DNA from: Candidatus Aminicenantes bacterium
Lineage (GTDB): Bacteria > Acidobacteriota > Aminicenantia > Aminicenantales > Saccharicenantaceae
Direction of reading: 5' to 3'
Assembly: GCA_963717865.1 (NCBI GenBank)
Contig: CAVQXL010000004.1
Span: 941,840 to 1,005,839 of the forward strand
Length of the DNA stretch: 64,000 bases
Of this stretch, positions 39,436 to 48,752 are shown piece by piece (the stretch's first letter is position 1; the number at the start of each line of letters is the position of its first letter). The notes beneath the pieces are model-generated. The model saw only the letters and a program-made list of their open reading frames with translations. It did no database searches and was not told where the DNA came from. Both the position numbers and the translations under genes were made by a program.

Positions 39436-41649
39436 CTAGTATCGGTTGCGGCGACCCCTGTCCCTCGGTACGGCCGCGGCCTCTGCGGTCGTCCGGCTCC
39501 GGCCGCCGTTCGGGCCTGGCTTCCTTCGGGCGGCAGCCGGGGGCGTCGGGGTCCGCGCAGGGCCTTCAGGCTGACCCGGACCTTGCGGTCCTCGTCGATG
39601 GTGATGCACCTTGACCGTCAGGTCCTGGCCCATCTGGATGACGTCCCGGATGCTCTTGATCCGGTAGGGCGCGACCTCGGAGATGTGGAGGAGGCCGACG
39701 AGGTTGGGCAGGATCTCGACGAACGCGCCGTATTCCTCGAGGCGGATGACCTTGCCCGTGTAGGTCTTGCCGATCTCGGCCTCGGCCGTGATGTCGCGGA
39801 TCATCTGCATGGCCTTCTCGGCCGCGGCGACGTCCGTCGAGGCGATGGTGATCTTGCCGTCGTCCTCGATGTCGATCTTGGCCCCGGTCATGGCGACGAT
39901 CTTCTTGATGACCTTGCCGGCGGGCCCGATGACCTCGCTCGACCTTCTCGGGGTTGACGAAGAGGGTGAAGATGCGCGGCGCGTAAGGCGAGATGTCGGC
40001 CCGCGGGGCCGGCGAGGGCCTCTTTCATCCTGGCCAGGACCTGGAGCCGGGCCTGGCGGGACTTGGCGAAGGCCTCCCGGAGCAGGGCGAGGGTGACGGA
40101 CGGGATCTTCAGGTCCATCTGGATGGCGGTGACGCCCTTTTCGCGTCCCGACGACCTTGAAGTCCATGTCCCCGAGGTGGTCTTCGAGGCCGGCGATGTC
40201 GGTCAGGATGGCGTAGCCGTCGCCGTCCGGTGACGAGGCCCATGGCGATGCCGGCGACGATCATCTTCAGGGGGACGCCGGCGTCCATCAGGGCCAGGAC
40301 GCCGCCGCAGACCGTGGCCATGGAGGAGGAGCCGTTGGATTCCAGGATGTCGGAGACGATGCGGATCGTGTAGGGGAACGTCTCGTCGTCGGGGATGGAG
40401 GGCAGGATGCGACTTTTCGGCCAGGGCGCCGTGCCCGATCTCCCGGCGGCCCGGGCCCCTCAGGAAGCCCACCTCGCCGACCGAGAACGGCGGGAAGTTG
40501 TAGTGGAGCATGAACCGCTTCTTGGTATTCCTCGCCGAGGCTGTCCAGCCGCTGGGCGTCCTCGACCGTGCCCAGGGTGACCGTGGCCAGGCACTGGGTC
40601 TCGCCCCGGGTGAAGAGGGCCGAACCGTGGGTCCGGGGCAGGAGGCCGACCTCGATCGTGATCGGCCGGATCTCGTCGAACCGCCGGCCGTCGGTCCGCC
40701 TTCCCTGGTTGAGGATGAAGCTCGCGGACGAGCTTCTCCTCGAGCTCGTAGAAGATCTCCTTGGTCTCCTGGGCTTCTCTTCGGGCTTGTCTTCGGGGAT
40801 CGGCGAGCCAGGAGCGGCTTCGCAGGACCTTCTTGACGGCCGCCTCGCTCTGGCCTTCTTGTCCTTGATCTGGATGGCCTCGAGGAGGGCCGCGGCCGAT
40901 GCTCGCTGCTCGATCCGGGCCAGCTTCGCTCGGGTTCGAGGGCCTTGGGCGTGAATTCGCGCTTCTTGATGCCGAGCTGGGCGAAGAGGTCCTTCTGGGC
41001 CTGGATGATCTGCCGGATGGTCTCGTGGGCCAGGGTGATGCCCTCGATGAGCTTTTCCTCCTCGACTTCCTTGGCCCCGGCCTCGATCATGACGACGCCG
41101 TCCTCGGTGCCGACGACGGTCATGTTGAGCGGGCTCGCGGTCGAGCTCGCGGTCACGGTCGGGTTGATGACGAACGCGCCGTCGACCAGGCCGACCTTGA
41201 CGGCGCCGATGGGGGTCGTGAACGGGATGTCGGAGAAGTAGAGGGCGGCCGAGGCGCCGATGACGCCGAGCGTGTCGGGCTCGTTCTCCAGGTCGGCCGA
41301 GAGGAGGAGGCCGACGATCTGGGTGTCGAAGAAGTAGCCTTCGGGGAAGAGCGGCCGGATCGGCCGGTCGATCAGCCGGGCCATCCAGGATCTCGCGCTC
41401 CGAGGGCCGGCCTTCGCGCTTGAAGAAGCCGCCGGGGATCTTGCCGGCGGCATAGGTGTTCTCGCGGTAGTCGACGATGAGGGGGAGGAAGGGCTTGGCC
41501 TCCTTGACCTCCTTCTTGGACGTGGCCGTGACGAGCATGATGGTGTCGCCGTAGCGGACCAGGGCCGAGCCGTCGGCCTGCTTGGCGACCTTGCCGATCT
41601 CGATGGACAGGGTCCGGTTGTTGATCTCGAGACTGATGGTGTGTGACAT
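39436..41649 (-). CDS. pnp: polyribonucleotide nucleotidyltransferase (PNPase), many frame changes
   Basis: [36 protein letters not shown].., [15 protein letters not shown], the second RNase PH repeat, and KH plus S1 ([32 protein letters not shown]) are spread across ORFs 40288-41940, 40203-41453 and 39436-40167. Confidence 0.9.
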
Positions 41650-41674
41650 GTTGGGTTCCTTTGGAGGCCGGGGC

Positions 41675-41940
41675 CTACTTGCGCAGGCCGAGCTTCTGGA
41701 TGAGCTTTTCGTAGCGGCTGACATCTTCTTCTTGAGGTATTCGAGGAGCCGCTTTCTCTGGCCGACGAGCTTCATCAGTCCCGACCGGGAATGATGGTCC
41801 TTCTTGTGGGTCGAGAAATGCTCGATGAGCATGTTGATCCGCTCGGTGAGGAGGGCGACCTGGACCTCGGGCGACCCCGAATCCGTGGGATGCGCCTGAT
41901 TGTCCTTGACGATCTTGGTCTTCACTTCTTTGCTAAGCAC
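41675..41940 (-). CDS. rpsO: 30S ribosomal protein S15 (one frame change near 41720)
   Basis: GTG 41940 gives [71 protein letters not shown]. The shifted tail reads ..[16 protein letters not shown]-stop (TAG 41675-41677). Confidence 0.9.
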
Positions 41941-42059
41941 GCGGTATTCTCCTATGTTTTTTTTCGCCCTGTATCATATCAAAGGGAGGGGGAAAAGTAA
42001 ACTGTTTATTTTCTGCGCTTCCGGGGGCAGGACTCCGGCGTTCCGGAGGGGGACCGCCC

Positions 42060-42245
42060 TCAGGGCTTCAGGGACTTCTTCCGGAGGAGGAGCTGTCGGG
42101 CGTACTTGGATGTCAATCCGCCCTGCTTTTCCTGGACCTCGGCCAGCTTGGCGTCAAGCTCGGCGATCGTCATCTCGTTGATCTTCTTGTTCCCGGCGGG
42201 GGCCTCGGGGGTCCCGGCCTGATCGGCTTTCTTTTCTTCGGCCAT
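42060..42245 (-). CDS. small hypothetical protein (61 aa)
   Basis: Intact ORF with an AGGAAA Shine-Dalgarno-like element and its own plausible promoter. I recognise no family. Confidence 0.4.
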   Translation of the reverse strand: MAEEKKADQAGTPEAPAGNKKINEMTIAELDAKLAEVQEKQGGLTSKYARQLLLRKKSLKP

Positions 42246-42299
42246 GCTCGTTTCCTTTCGAATCTCCTGAAAACTTTCCGTGAGGGGTTCCGGAAGCCC

Positions 42300-42328
42300 A
42301 GATTACCAGATTCCCTTCCCGGAGGCAA
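42300..42328 (-). promoter_or_regulatory. sigma70-like promoter (TTGCCT-17-TAATCT) for the small ORF
   Basis: On the minus strand the -35 is 42328-42323 and the -10 is 42305-42300. Confidence 0.35.
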
Positions 42329-42380
42329 CCGCGGGACCATCCCGGTCCTCCGCCCCGGCCCTCCGGCGGCCCGGGGAACG

Positions 42381-42409
42381 TTGCGCGGCCCGGGGGAATC
42401 TAGTATAGT
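42381..42409 (+). promoter_or_regulatory. sigma70 promoter (TTGCGC-17-TATAGT), leaderless geometry for waaA
   Basis: The -35 is 42381-42386 and the -10 is 42404-42409. GTG 42418 begins 8 nt after the -10. Confidence 0.45.
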
Positions 42410-42417
42410 CAAGGGCC

Positions 42418-43692
42418 GTGTACCTGATCTATTCGTTCGCCCTGGCCGTCGCGCTCGCCCTCTATCTCCCCTTCTATGCGTTCCGGATGAAGGTCCTGAA
42501 AAAGGACCGCGTCCATCTCCGCGAGCGCCTCGCCCTGGGCCTGGAGAGCCGGCCGGAGGGCCGGGAAGCGGTCTGGATCCACGCGGTCTCGGTGGGCGAG
42601 GTCATTTCGCTCCAGCACCTCATCCGGGAGCTCAAGCGCCGGCATCCCGAGTGGGACATCGTCTTCTCCACGCTCACCCATACCGGGATCAAGGTGGCCA
42701 GGGAAAAGCTCGTCGAGGCGGACCGGATCTTCTTCGTCCCCCTCGATTTCCGGCGCGTCATCCGCCGGGTCTTCCGGGCCGTGCGCCCCGGCGCCCTTGT
42801 CCTGGCGGAATCCGAGTTCTGGCCGAACCTCGTCGGCGAGGCGGCCGACCGTGGGCTGAAGGTCCTCCTGATCAACGGGCGGATCTCCGAGCATACCTTC
42901 AAGGTCTACGAGGACATCCGGCCGATCGCCCGGCGCATCCTCGGGAACGTCGACCGCTTCCTCGTCCAGACCGACGAGGACCGGGAGAGGCTCGAACGGC
43001 TGGGGATCGAGCCCGCGAGGCTCGAGGTCGCCGGCAACCTGAAGTCCGAGGTCCGGCTCCCCGTTTTCTCCGAGGGGGAGCTTCGGGATTTCAAGCGAAG
43101 CCTCGGGCTCGGGGACGGGGAGAAGGTCGTCGTCGCCGGCTCGACGCGGAAGGGCGAGGAGGACCGCCTTCTCAAGGCGTTCGCCGAGGCGCGCAAGGAG
43201 CGGCCGGACCTCCGGTTCATCGTCGCTCCCCGGCACATCGAGAGGGCCGGGGAGATCGAAAGGGCCGCCCAGGCGACCGGCTTCACTGTCGTCCGGCGGA
43301 CGCAGGCCCGGCCGGAAGATCGATGGGATGTGCTTGTCCTGGACACGATCGGGGAGCTGGCCCGCGTTTATGCTCTTTCGGACGCGGCGTTCGTCGGCGG
43401 GAGCCTCGTCGATTGGGGCGGCCACAACATCCTCGAGCCGGCCTATTACGGAAAGCCGGTCTTCTTCGGGCCTCACATGCAGAACTTCGCCCGGCTGGCG
43501 GACTCGTTCATCCGGGCGGGAGGCGCCAGGATCGTCCGGACGGACCCGGATCTCGTGGACATGTTCCTTCTCCGGGACAGTGAAGGCCTCGAAAGAATGG
43601 GCGCACAGGCCCGGGCCCATCTGGCGTCGCTCGGCGGAGCGACGGAACGGACCATCCGGGCCATTGAATGGGCCATGACGAAAAAGGGCTGA
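42418..43692 (+). CDS. waaA: 3-deoxy-D-manno-octulosonic acid (Kdo) transferase
   Basis: Intact 424-aa ORF with WIHAVSVGEV, ESEFWPNL and GGSLVDWGGHNILEPA. Confidence 0.9.
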   Translation: MYLIYSFALAVALALYLPFYAFRMKVLKKDRVHLRERLALGLESRPEGREAVWIHAVSVGEVISLQHLIRELKRRHPEWDIVFSTLTHTGIKVAREKLVEADRIFFVPLDFRRVIRRVFRAVRPGALVLAESEFWPNLVGEAADRGLKVLLINGRISEHTFKVYEDIRPIARRILGNVDRFLVQTDEDRERLERLGIEPARLEVAGNLKSEVRLPVFSEGELRDFKRSLGLGDGEKVVVAGSTRKGEEDRLLKAFAEARKERPDLRFIVAPRHIERAGEIERAAQATGFTVVRRTQARPEDRWDVLVLDTIGELARVYALSDAAFVGGSLVDWGGHNILEPAYYGKPVFFGPHMQNFARLADSFIRAGGARIVRTDPDLVDMFLLRDSEGLERMGAQARAHLASLGGATERTIRAIEWAMTKKG

Positions 43693-44537
43693 GGTCGAGT
43701 TTGCGCTCGAGATCTAGATCGGGCTCAGGAACGCGCCGGGTGCTGGCCGTCGTCCTGATCCTCGGCTTGACGCCCTTCGCGACCGGGGCCGCGACCGAAA
43801 AGGACGCCGGGTCGTTCTCCCGGGCGTTCCATATGACCCCGCCCGTCATCGGGAAGACTCTCGCCTCGCCCGCCCACTGGAAGGGTTCGGACTTTCTGAA
43901 GCTCTCGGCCGTCGTCGGCGCCGGATTCTTCCTTGGCTTCGCGGACGAGGGCATCCGGAACAGCGTCATGGATCATCGGACGCTGGGCGAGAAGCATTTC
44001 TTCGAGCACGTTACGCACTTTGGCGACGGGATCATCCTCGGCGGTTTCATGGCGGGGCTCTTTGCGGTCGGCCAGTTCTCCGGGAACGATGGATTGAGGA
44101 AGACGGCGTGGCTCGGGGTCGAGAGCTACCTCACCGCGAGCGTTTTCTCGACGGTCCTCAAACTTGCGATCGGACGGGACAGGCCCGGAGTAGATAAGGG
44201 GAACCGGAGCTTCCATCCGTTCTCGACGCGATCGTCGCAAACGTCCATGCCGTCCGGGCACGCGACCTCCGTATGGTCCGTGGCCACTGTCATCGCGGAT
44301 CGGGCGGAAAACGGTTTTGTCGATGCCGCCTGCTATGGCGTCGCCGTCCTGACTTCGCTTTCACGGATCTATGTGGACAAGCACTGGGCCTCGGACATCC
44401 TCATCGGATCGGCGATCGGATATTTCACCGCCAAGAAGATCTGTGCCTTGAACCGGGACCCCGGAGGTCCGAGGCTTTCGGCGTCGTTCGGGCCCGCCGG
44501 CCGCGGGCAGGCCATCACCCTTTCGCTCACGTTCTGA
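43668..44537 (+). CDS. PAP2-family phosphatase (membrane)
   Basis: Intact frame with the PAP2 motifs KLAIGRDRP, MPSGHAT and SRIYVDKHWASD. The start is uncertain (ATG 43668 overlaps the waaA 3' end). Confidence 0.8.
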   Translation: MGHDEKGLRSSLRSRSRSGSGTRRVLAVVLILGLTPFATGAATEKDAGSFSRAFHMTPPVIGKTLASPAHWKGSDFLKLSAVVGAGFFLGFADEGIRNSVMDHRTLGEKHFFEHVTHFGDGIILGGFMAGLFAVGQFSGNDGLRKTAWLGVESYLTASVFSTVLKLAIGRDRPGVDKGNRSFHPFSTRSSQTSMPSGHATSVWSVATVIADRAENGFVDAACYGVAVLTSLSRIYVDKHWASDILIGSAIGYFTAKKICALNRDPGGPRLSASFGPAGRGQAITLSLTF

Positions 44538-44637
44538 CGGACCATGAAATCGCCTGGCCGTCGGGCTCGACTTCAGGACGGCCGCGAGCTTCGGGCGCTC
44601 AAGAGTTCCCGCGCCGCCGTTATGCCCTCGTTCTTCA

Positions 44638-44808
44638 AGGCGGGGCGAGAAGCGGGGCTCAGGACTACCCCAGGACAAACCCCGCTATTCCTGCGGGAAG
44701 TCAAAAGGGTTGACCCGTTCGCTGACGCTGGACCCCGCCTTTCCAGGCGGGGCGAGAGGCGGGGCTCAGGGTAACCCCATAATAGCTCTAGCTTTTATGG
44801 GGTTGACG
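44638..44808. repeat. tandem ~107-nt module (two copies), each AGGCGGGGCGAGA(A/G)GCGGGGCTCAGG...GGGTTGAC
   Basis: The 26-nt cores at 44638-44663 and 44745-44770 differ at one position. Each unit ends in a GGGTTGAC -35-like element (44708-44715 and 44801-44808). Confidence 0.6.
44773..44804. promoter_or_regulatory. perfect inverted repeat AACCCCATAA-N12-TTATGGGGTT overlapping the -35
   Basis: The arms are 44773-44782 and 44795-44804. The right arm runs into TTGACG (44803-44808). Confidence 0.6.
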
Positions 44809-44832
44809 GCGCTCCGCGTCCGGCGATATAGT
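44803..44832 (+). promoter_or_regulatory. sigma70 promoter (TTGACG-18-TATAGT) for the MFS gene
   Basis: The -35 is 44803-44808 and the -10 is 44827-44832. An AAGGAGG Shine-Dalgarno lies before ATG 44900. Confidence 0.45.
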
Positions 44833-44899
44833 CGCAATCGGCGCGAGGAATGACGGGCGCGTCCCGTCGCCATTCGAGTGGACCGACCGTGTAAGGAGG

Positions 44900-46303
44900 T
44901 TGACGATGACCGAACAACTGAAAAAGATCCTCAGCGACTCCAAGACCGCCCGCTGGACGGTGATCATGCTGATCTCGGTCACCATGTTCGCCGGGTATTT
45001 CCTGTCCGACGTCATGTCGCCGCTCCAGGGCATGCTCGAAAAGCAGCTGGGTTGGAGCAGTACGGACTATGGATGGTATACCGGCGCCTACGGCTGGTTC
45101 AACGTTTTCCTGTTCTTCCTGATCCTCGGCGGGATGATCCTCGACCGGCTCGGTTCCCGTTTCGCCGGCCTGGCTTCGGCGATCGTCATGGTCGCGGGAG
45201 CATCCATTAAATATTGGGCCATCACGACCCATGTCCTCGACGGGCGGAGCTGGCACATCCTGTTCTGGACCTTCCCCGCCCAGGTCTGGATGGCGGCCTT
45301 CGGATACGCCGTCTTCGGCGTCGGGGTGGAGGTGGCGGGCATCACCACGTCCAAGATCATCGTCAAGTGGTTCAAGGGCCACGAATTGGCGTTGGCCATG
45401 GGCCTGCAGTTGGCCATTGCCCGACTGGGAACGGCCGTCGCCCTCTCGACCTCACTGCCGATCGCCAAGGCCTTCGGGCGCGTCTCGGCGCCGGTCCTGT
45501 TCTGCCTGGTCATGCTCTGCGTCGGTCTGCTGAGCTTCTTCGTCTTCACGTTCAAGGACAGGAAGCTCGACGCCACGATCGCCGCCGCCAAGGTCGGCAC
45601 GGACGCCCCGCCGGAGGAGGCCTTCAGGCTGAAGGACATCCTGATGATCATCAGGAACCGGGGCTGGTGGTACGTGACCATCCTGTGCGCGCTGTTCTAC
45701 TCCGCCGTGTTCCCGTTCCTGAAGTACGCCACCTATTTCATGGTCAACAAGTTCGGCGTCCCGGAATCGTGGGCGGGCGCCATCCCGGGTCTCCTGCCCT
45801 TCGGCACGATCCTGCTGACCCCCGTCTTCGGCAACCTGTACGACCGCAAGGGCAAGGGCGCCTCCATCATGATCCTCGGGTCGGCCCTCATCATCCTGGT
45901 CCACATGCTGTTCGCCGTCCCCATCCTGAACCATTGGCTGCTCGCCATCGGGCTCATGATCATCCTCGGGATCGGCTTCTCCCTCGTTCCTTCGGCCATG
46001 TGGCCGTCCGTCCCGAAGATCATCCCCGAGCGGCAGCTCGGAACGGCGTACGCGCTCATCTTCTGGGTCCAGAACGCGTTCGCCCTGATGTCCGTCCCGG
46101 CCCTGATCGGCTGGGTGCTCGACAAGTACTGCGTGATCGGGACCGTCGTGAGGGACGGGCAATCCGTAACCGCCTATAATTACACCATCCCCATGATCAT
46201 TTTCATGACGTTCGGCCTGACGGCCCTCGTTTTCGCGTTCCTTCTGAAAGCGGAAGACAAGAAGAAGGGCTACGGCCTCGAGCTGCCCAACATCCGGAAA
46301 TAG
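44900..46303 (+). CDS. MFS transporter
   Basis: Intact 467-aa ORF with about 12 TM helices and typical MFS loop motifs (GGMILDRLGSR). Confidence 0.85.
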   Translation: MTMTEQLKKILSDSKTARWTVIMLISVTMFAGYFLSDVMSPLQGMLEKQLGWSSTDYGWYTGAYGWFNVFLFFLILGGMILDRLGSRFAGLASAIVMVAGASIKYWAITTHVLDGRSWHILFWTFPAQVWMAAFGYAVFGVGVEVAGITTSKIIVKWFKGHELALAMGLQLAIARLGTAVALSTSLPIAKAFGRVSAPVLFCLVMLCVGLLSFFVFTFKDRKLDATIAAAKVGTDAPPEEAFRLKDILMIIRNRGWWYVTILCALFYSAVFPFLKYATYFMVNKFGVPESWAGAIPGLLPFGTILLTPVFGNLYDRKGKGASIMILGSALIILVHMLFAVPILNHWLLAIGLMIILGIGFSLVPSAMWPSVPKIIPERQLGTAYALIFWVQNAFALMSVPALIGWVLDKYCVIGTVVRDGQSVTAYNYTIPMIIFMTFGLTALVFAFLLKAEDKKKGYGLELPNIRK

Positions 46304-46399
46304 GGCGCTTCCATGGAGTCGAAACGGTCCTCATCGGAGGCCTCCTCGGCCAAGGCCGGGAGAAGACGCTCCCCAGCCCCATCGAAGGCTTGAAGGTCG

Positions 46400-46987
46400 A
46401 TGCCGCAGGCGATGGATGACGGGGCTGCCCGCAGGCTTTTCAAGAACGGGGGAGCGTGGAGGGCGTGGCTCGCGAAGCACCACGACAAGGAAAAGGGGAT
46501 CTGGCTCCTCTATTACAAGAAGGGATCCGGGAAGACATCGATCACCTACCCGGAGGCGCTCGACGAGGCCCTCTGCTATGGATGGATCGATTCCATCGTC
46601 AAGAAATGCGACGAAGAAAGATACATGCAGAGGTATACGCCGCGAAATCCCCGGAGCCTGTGGTCGGCCGCGAACAAGGGGCACGTCGCAAGGCTCATCC
46701 GCGAAGGCCGGATGACCGAACACGGGCTGGCGAAGGTCGAGGCGGCCAAACGGAACGGCTCATGGACGAGGCTCGACGCGATCGACCGGGACCGCGAGCC
46801 GCCGCGGGACCTCCTCGAGGCCCTGGCCGCCGACCCTGAGGCCGGAACGTGCTTTACAAAGATGTCGCCGTCGTCCAGGAAGCTCTATAGCTTCTGGGTC
46901 GACAGCGCCAAAAGGCCGGAGACGAAGACGCGGCGGATCGCCGAGACCCTCGCCCGGGTCAAGGCGGGCCGGCGGCCCGGGATCTGA
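46400..46987 (+). CDS. YdeI/OmpD-associated family protein
   Basis: Intact frame with WRAWLAKHHDKEKGIWLLYYKK..YPEALDEALCYGWIDS..RYTPRNPRSLWSAANK, typical of the family. Confidence 0.8.
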   Translation: MPQAMDDGAARRLFKNGGAWRAWLAKHHDKEKGIWLLYYKKGSGKTSITYPEALDEALCYGWIDSIVKKCDEERYMQRYTPRNPRSLWSAANKGHVARLIREGRMTEHGLAKVEAAKRNGSWTRLDAIDRDREPPRDLLEALAADPEAGTCFTKMSPSSRKLYSFWVDSAKRPETKTRRIAETLARVKAGRRPGI

Positions 46988-47028
46988 TCCCCTGCTTCCG
47001 GAATCCGTGGACGGATATACCCGATATT

Positions 47029-47037
47029 TGCTATGCT
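47029..47037 (+). promoter_or_regulatory. extended -10 element (TGC-TATGCT)
   Basis: It lies about 20 nt upstream of ATG 47058, with an AAAGGAGA Shine-Dalgarno between. Confidence 0.3.
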
Positions 47038-47057
47038 TGCCCAAAGGAGAAAACGCC

Positions 47058-48752
47058 ATGGCCGAAATTTCGCGCAGGGACTTCATGAGGACGGCTGGAC
47101 TGGCGGCGGCGGGGGGCTGTGGGCTGCTACTCAAAGGCTGTGCGTCCAAGACCTCGTATGACGTCGTCATCAAGGACGGACTCGTCGTCGACGGGCTGGG
47201 GACCCCCGGCCGCGTCGCCGATATCGGGATCGTCGGGGATTCCATCTCCCGGATCGGATCGATCCCGTCCTCCCGCGGCGCGTTGGTCATCCCGGCCCGG
47301 GGGATGGTCGTCGCCCCCGGTTTCATCGACGTTCACAATCACACCGACATCAATATCCTGGTGAATCCCAAGGCCGAAAGCTGTATCCGCCAGGGCGTGA
47401 CCACCCTTGTCGCGGGCCAATGCGGCGACTCGCCGTTCCCGCTTTCGGACGCGATGTTCGAGGAAGCGGAGAGGAACATGAGGAAGGAATACGGCCTCGT
47501 CCTCTCCTGGCGCGATATCCGGGGGTTCTATGCCCTCATCGACCGGGCGGGCACGGCCCTGAATTTTTCGTCGTTCGTAGGACAGGGGACCGTCCGGGCG
47601 GCCGCCATGGGGTATGGGGACGGAAAACCTCAACCGGCCGAGCTCGAGCTCATGAAAAAGCTTGTCGCCGAGAGCATGGCCGGCGGGGCTTTCGGCATCT
47701 CGACCGGCCTCGAGTACGCGCCGGGAGGATTCTCGTCGACGGAGGAGCTCATCGAGGTTTGCCGGGCGGCCGCACCCTATAAAGCGATGTACGCCACTCA
47801 TATGCGGGACGAAGAAGATTTCGTCGTCGAGGCCGTGGACGAGGCCATCCGTATCGCCCGGGAAGCCGGCCTTCCCCTCGAGATCTCCCACCTGAAGACG
47901 GGGTACGTCCGCAACTGGCCCAAGCTCGGGACCATCCTCGAACACATCGAAGCGGCCCGGGCGGAAGGCCTGGACGTCTTCTGCGACCGTTACCCGTACG
48001 TCGCGTCGGCGACGGGCCTCGACCTGTATTTCCCGTTATGGGCGAGGGAAGGGACGACGGATGTCTTCCTGGGTCGGCTCCGCGATCCGGGGCTCGAGGA
48101 AAAGCTCAAGGCCTACGTTGATACCAAAGAGGCGGAGATGGGCTCCTGGGACAAGGTCCTCATTTCCGGCGTCGGTACGGAAAAGAACAAAGGGCTCGAG
48201 GGCATGAACATCCTCGAGGCCTCCCGGAAACAGGGCAAGCCGCCCTACGATTTCATCAGGGACCTTCTCATCGAGGAGAGAGGCCGCGTGGGCATCGTCC
48301 AGTTCGCCATGAGCGAGGACAACCTCAGGACCCTCATGGCCCATCCCCTCGTCGGGATCGGCTCGGACGGCTCCGCCCTCGCGCCCTACGGCCCCCTGGG
48401 CAAGGGCAAGCCCCACCCCCGTTCGTACGGCGCCTTCCCGAGGGCCCTCGGCAAGTATGTCCGCGAGGAACGGCTCCTGCCCCTCGAAGCGATGGTCCGG
48501 AAGATGACCTCGGTCCCCGCCGAAAGGTTCGGCTTCGAGAGAAGAGGGGTCCTGCGGGCCGGCAACTTTGCGGACATTGTCGTGTTCGACCCCGACAGGA
48601 TCCGCGACAAGGCCACATGGGCCGATCCTCATCAATACCCGGAAGGCATCCCCCATGTCCTCGTCAACGGGAAGGTGGTCATCAAGGACGGCGAACATAC
48701 CGGAATCACGGCCGGCGCGGTGCTCCGGAAGGGGGGCCCGGAGGCGGCGTGA
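47058..48752 (+). CDS. N-acyl-D-amino-acid deacylase (D-aminoacylase) family amidohydrolase with Tat signal
   Basis: MAEISRRDFMRTAGLAAAGG is a twin-arginine signal. DVVIKDGLVVDG.., PGFIDVHNHTD follow. Intact frame. Confidence 0.85.
   Translation: MAEISRRDFMRTAGLAAAGGCGLLLKGCASKTSYDVVIKDGLVVDGLGTPGRVADIGIVGDSISRIGSIPSSRGALVIPARGMVVAPGFIDVHNHTDINILVNPKAESCIRQGVTTLVAGQCGDSPFPLSDAMFEEAERNMRKEYGLVLSWRDIRGFYALIDRAGTALNFSSFVGQGTVRAAAMGYGDGKPQPAELELMKKLVAESMAGGAFGISTGLEYAPGGFSSTEELIEVCRAAAPYKAMYATHMRDEEDFVVEAVDEAIRIAREAGLPLEISHLKTGYVRNWPKLGTILEHIEAARAEGLDVFCDRYPYVASATGLDLYFPLWAREGTTDVFLGRLRDPGLEEKLKAYVDTKEAEMGSWDKVLISGVGTEKNKGLEGMNILEASRKQGKPPYDFIRDLLIEERGRVGIVQFAMSEDNLRTLMAHPLVGIGSDGSALAPYGPLGKGKPHPRSYGAFPRALGKYVREERLLPLEAMVRKMTSVPAERFGFERRGVLRAGNFADIVVFDPDRIRDKATWADPHQYPEGIPHVLVNGKVVIKDGEHTGITAGAVLRKGGPEAA

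Noticed and set aside
44544-44774. 76-aa plus-strand ORF in the PAP2-MFS intergenic region
   Set aside because: It runs through the tandem GGCGGGGC repeat module, has an Arg/Gly-rich translation and has no Shine-Dalgarno. The region is better explained as regulatory repeats.
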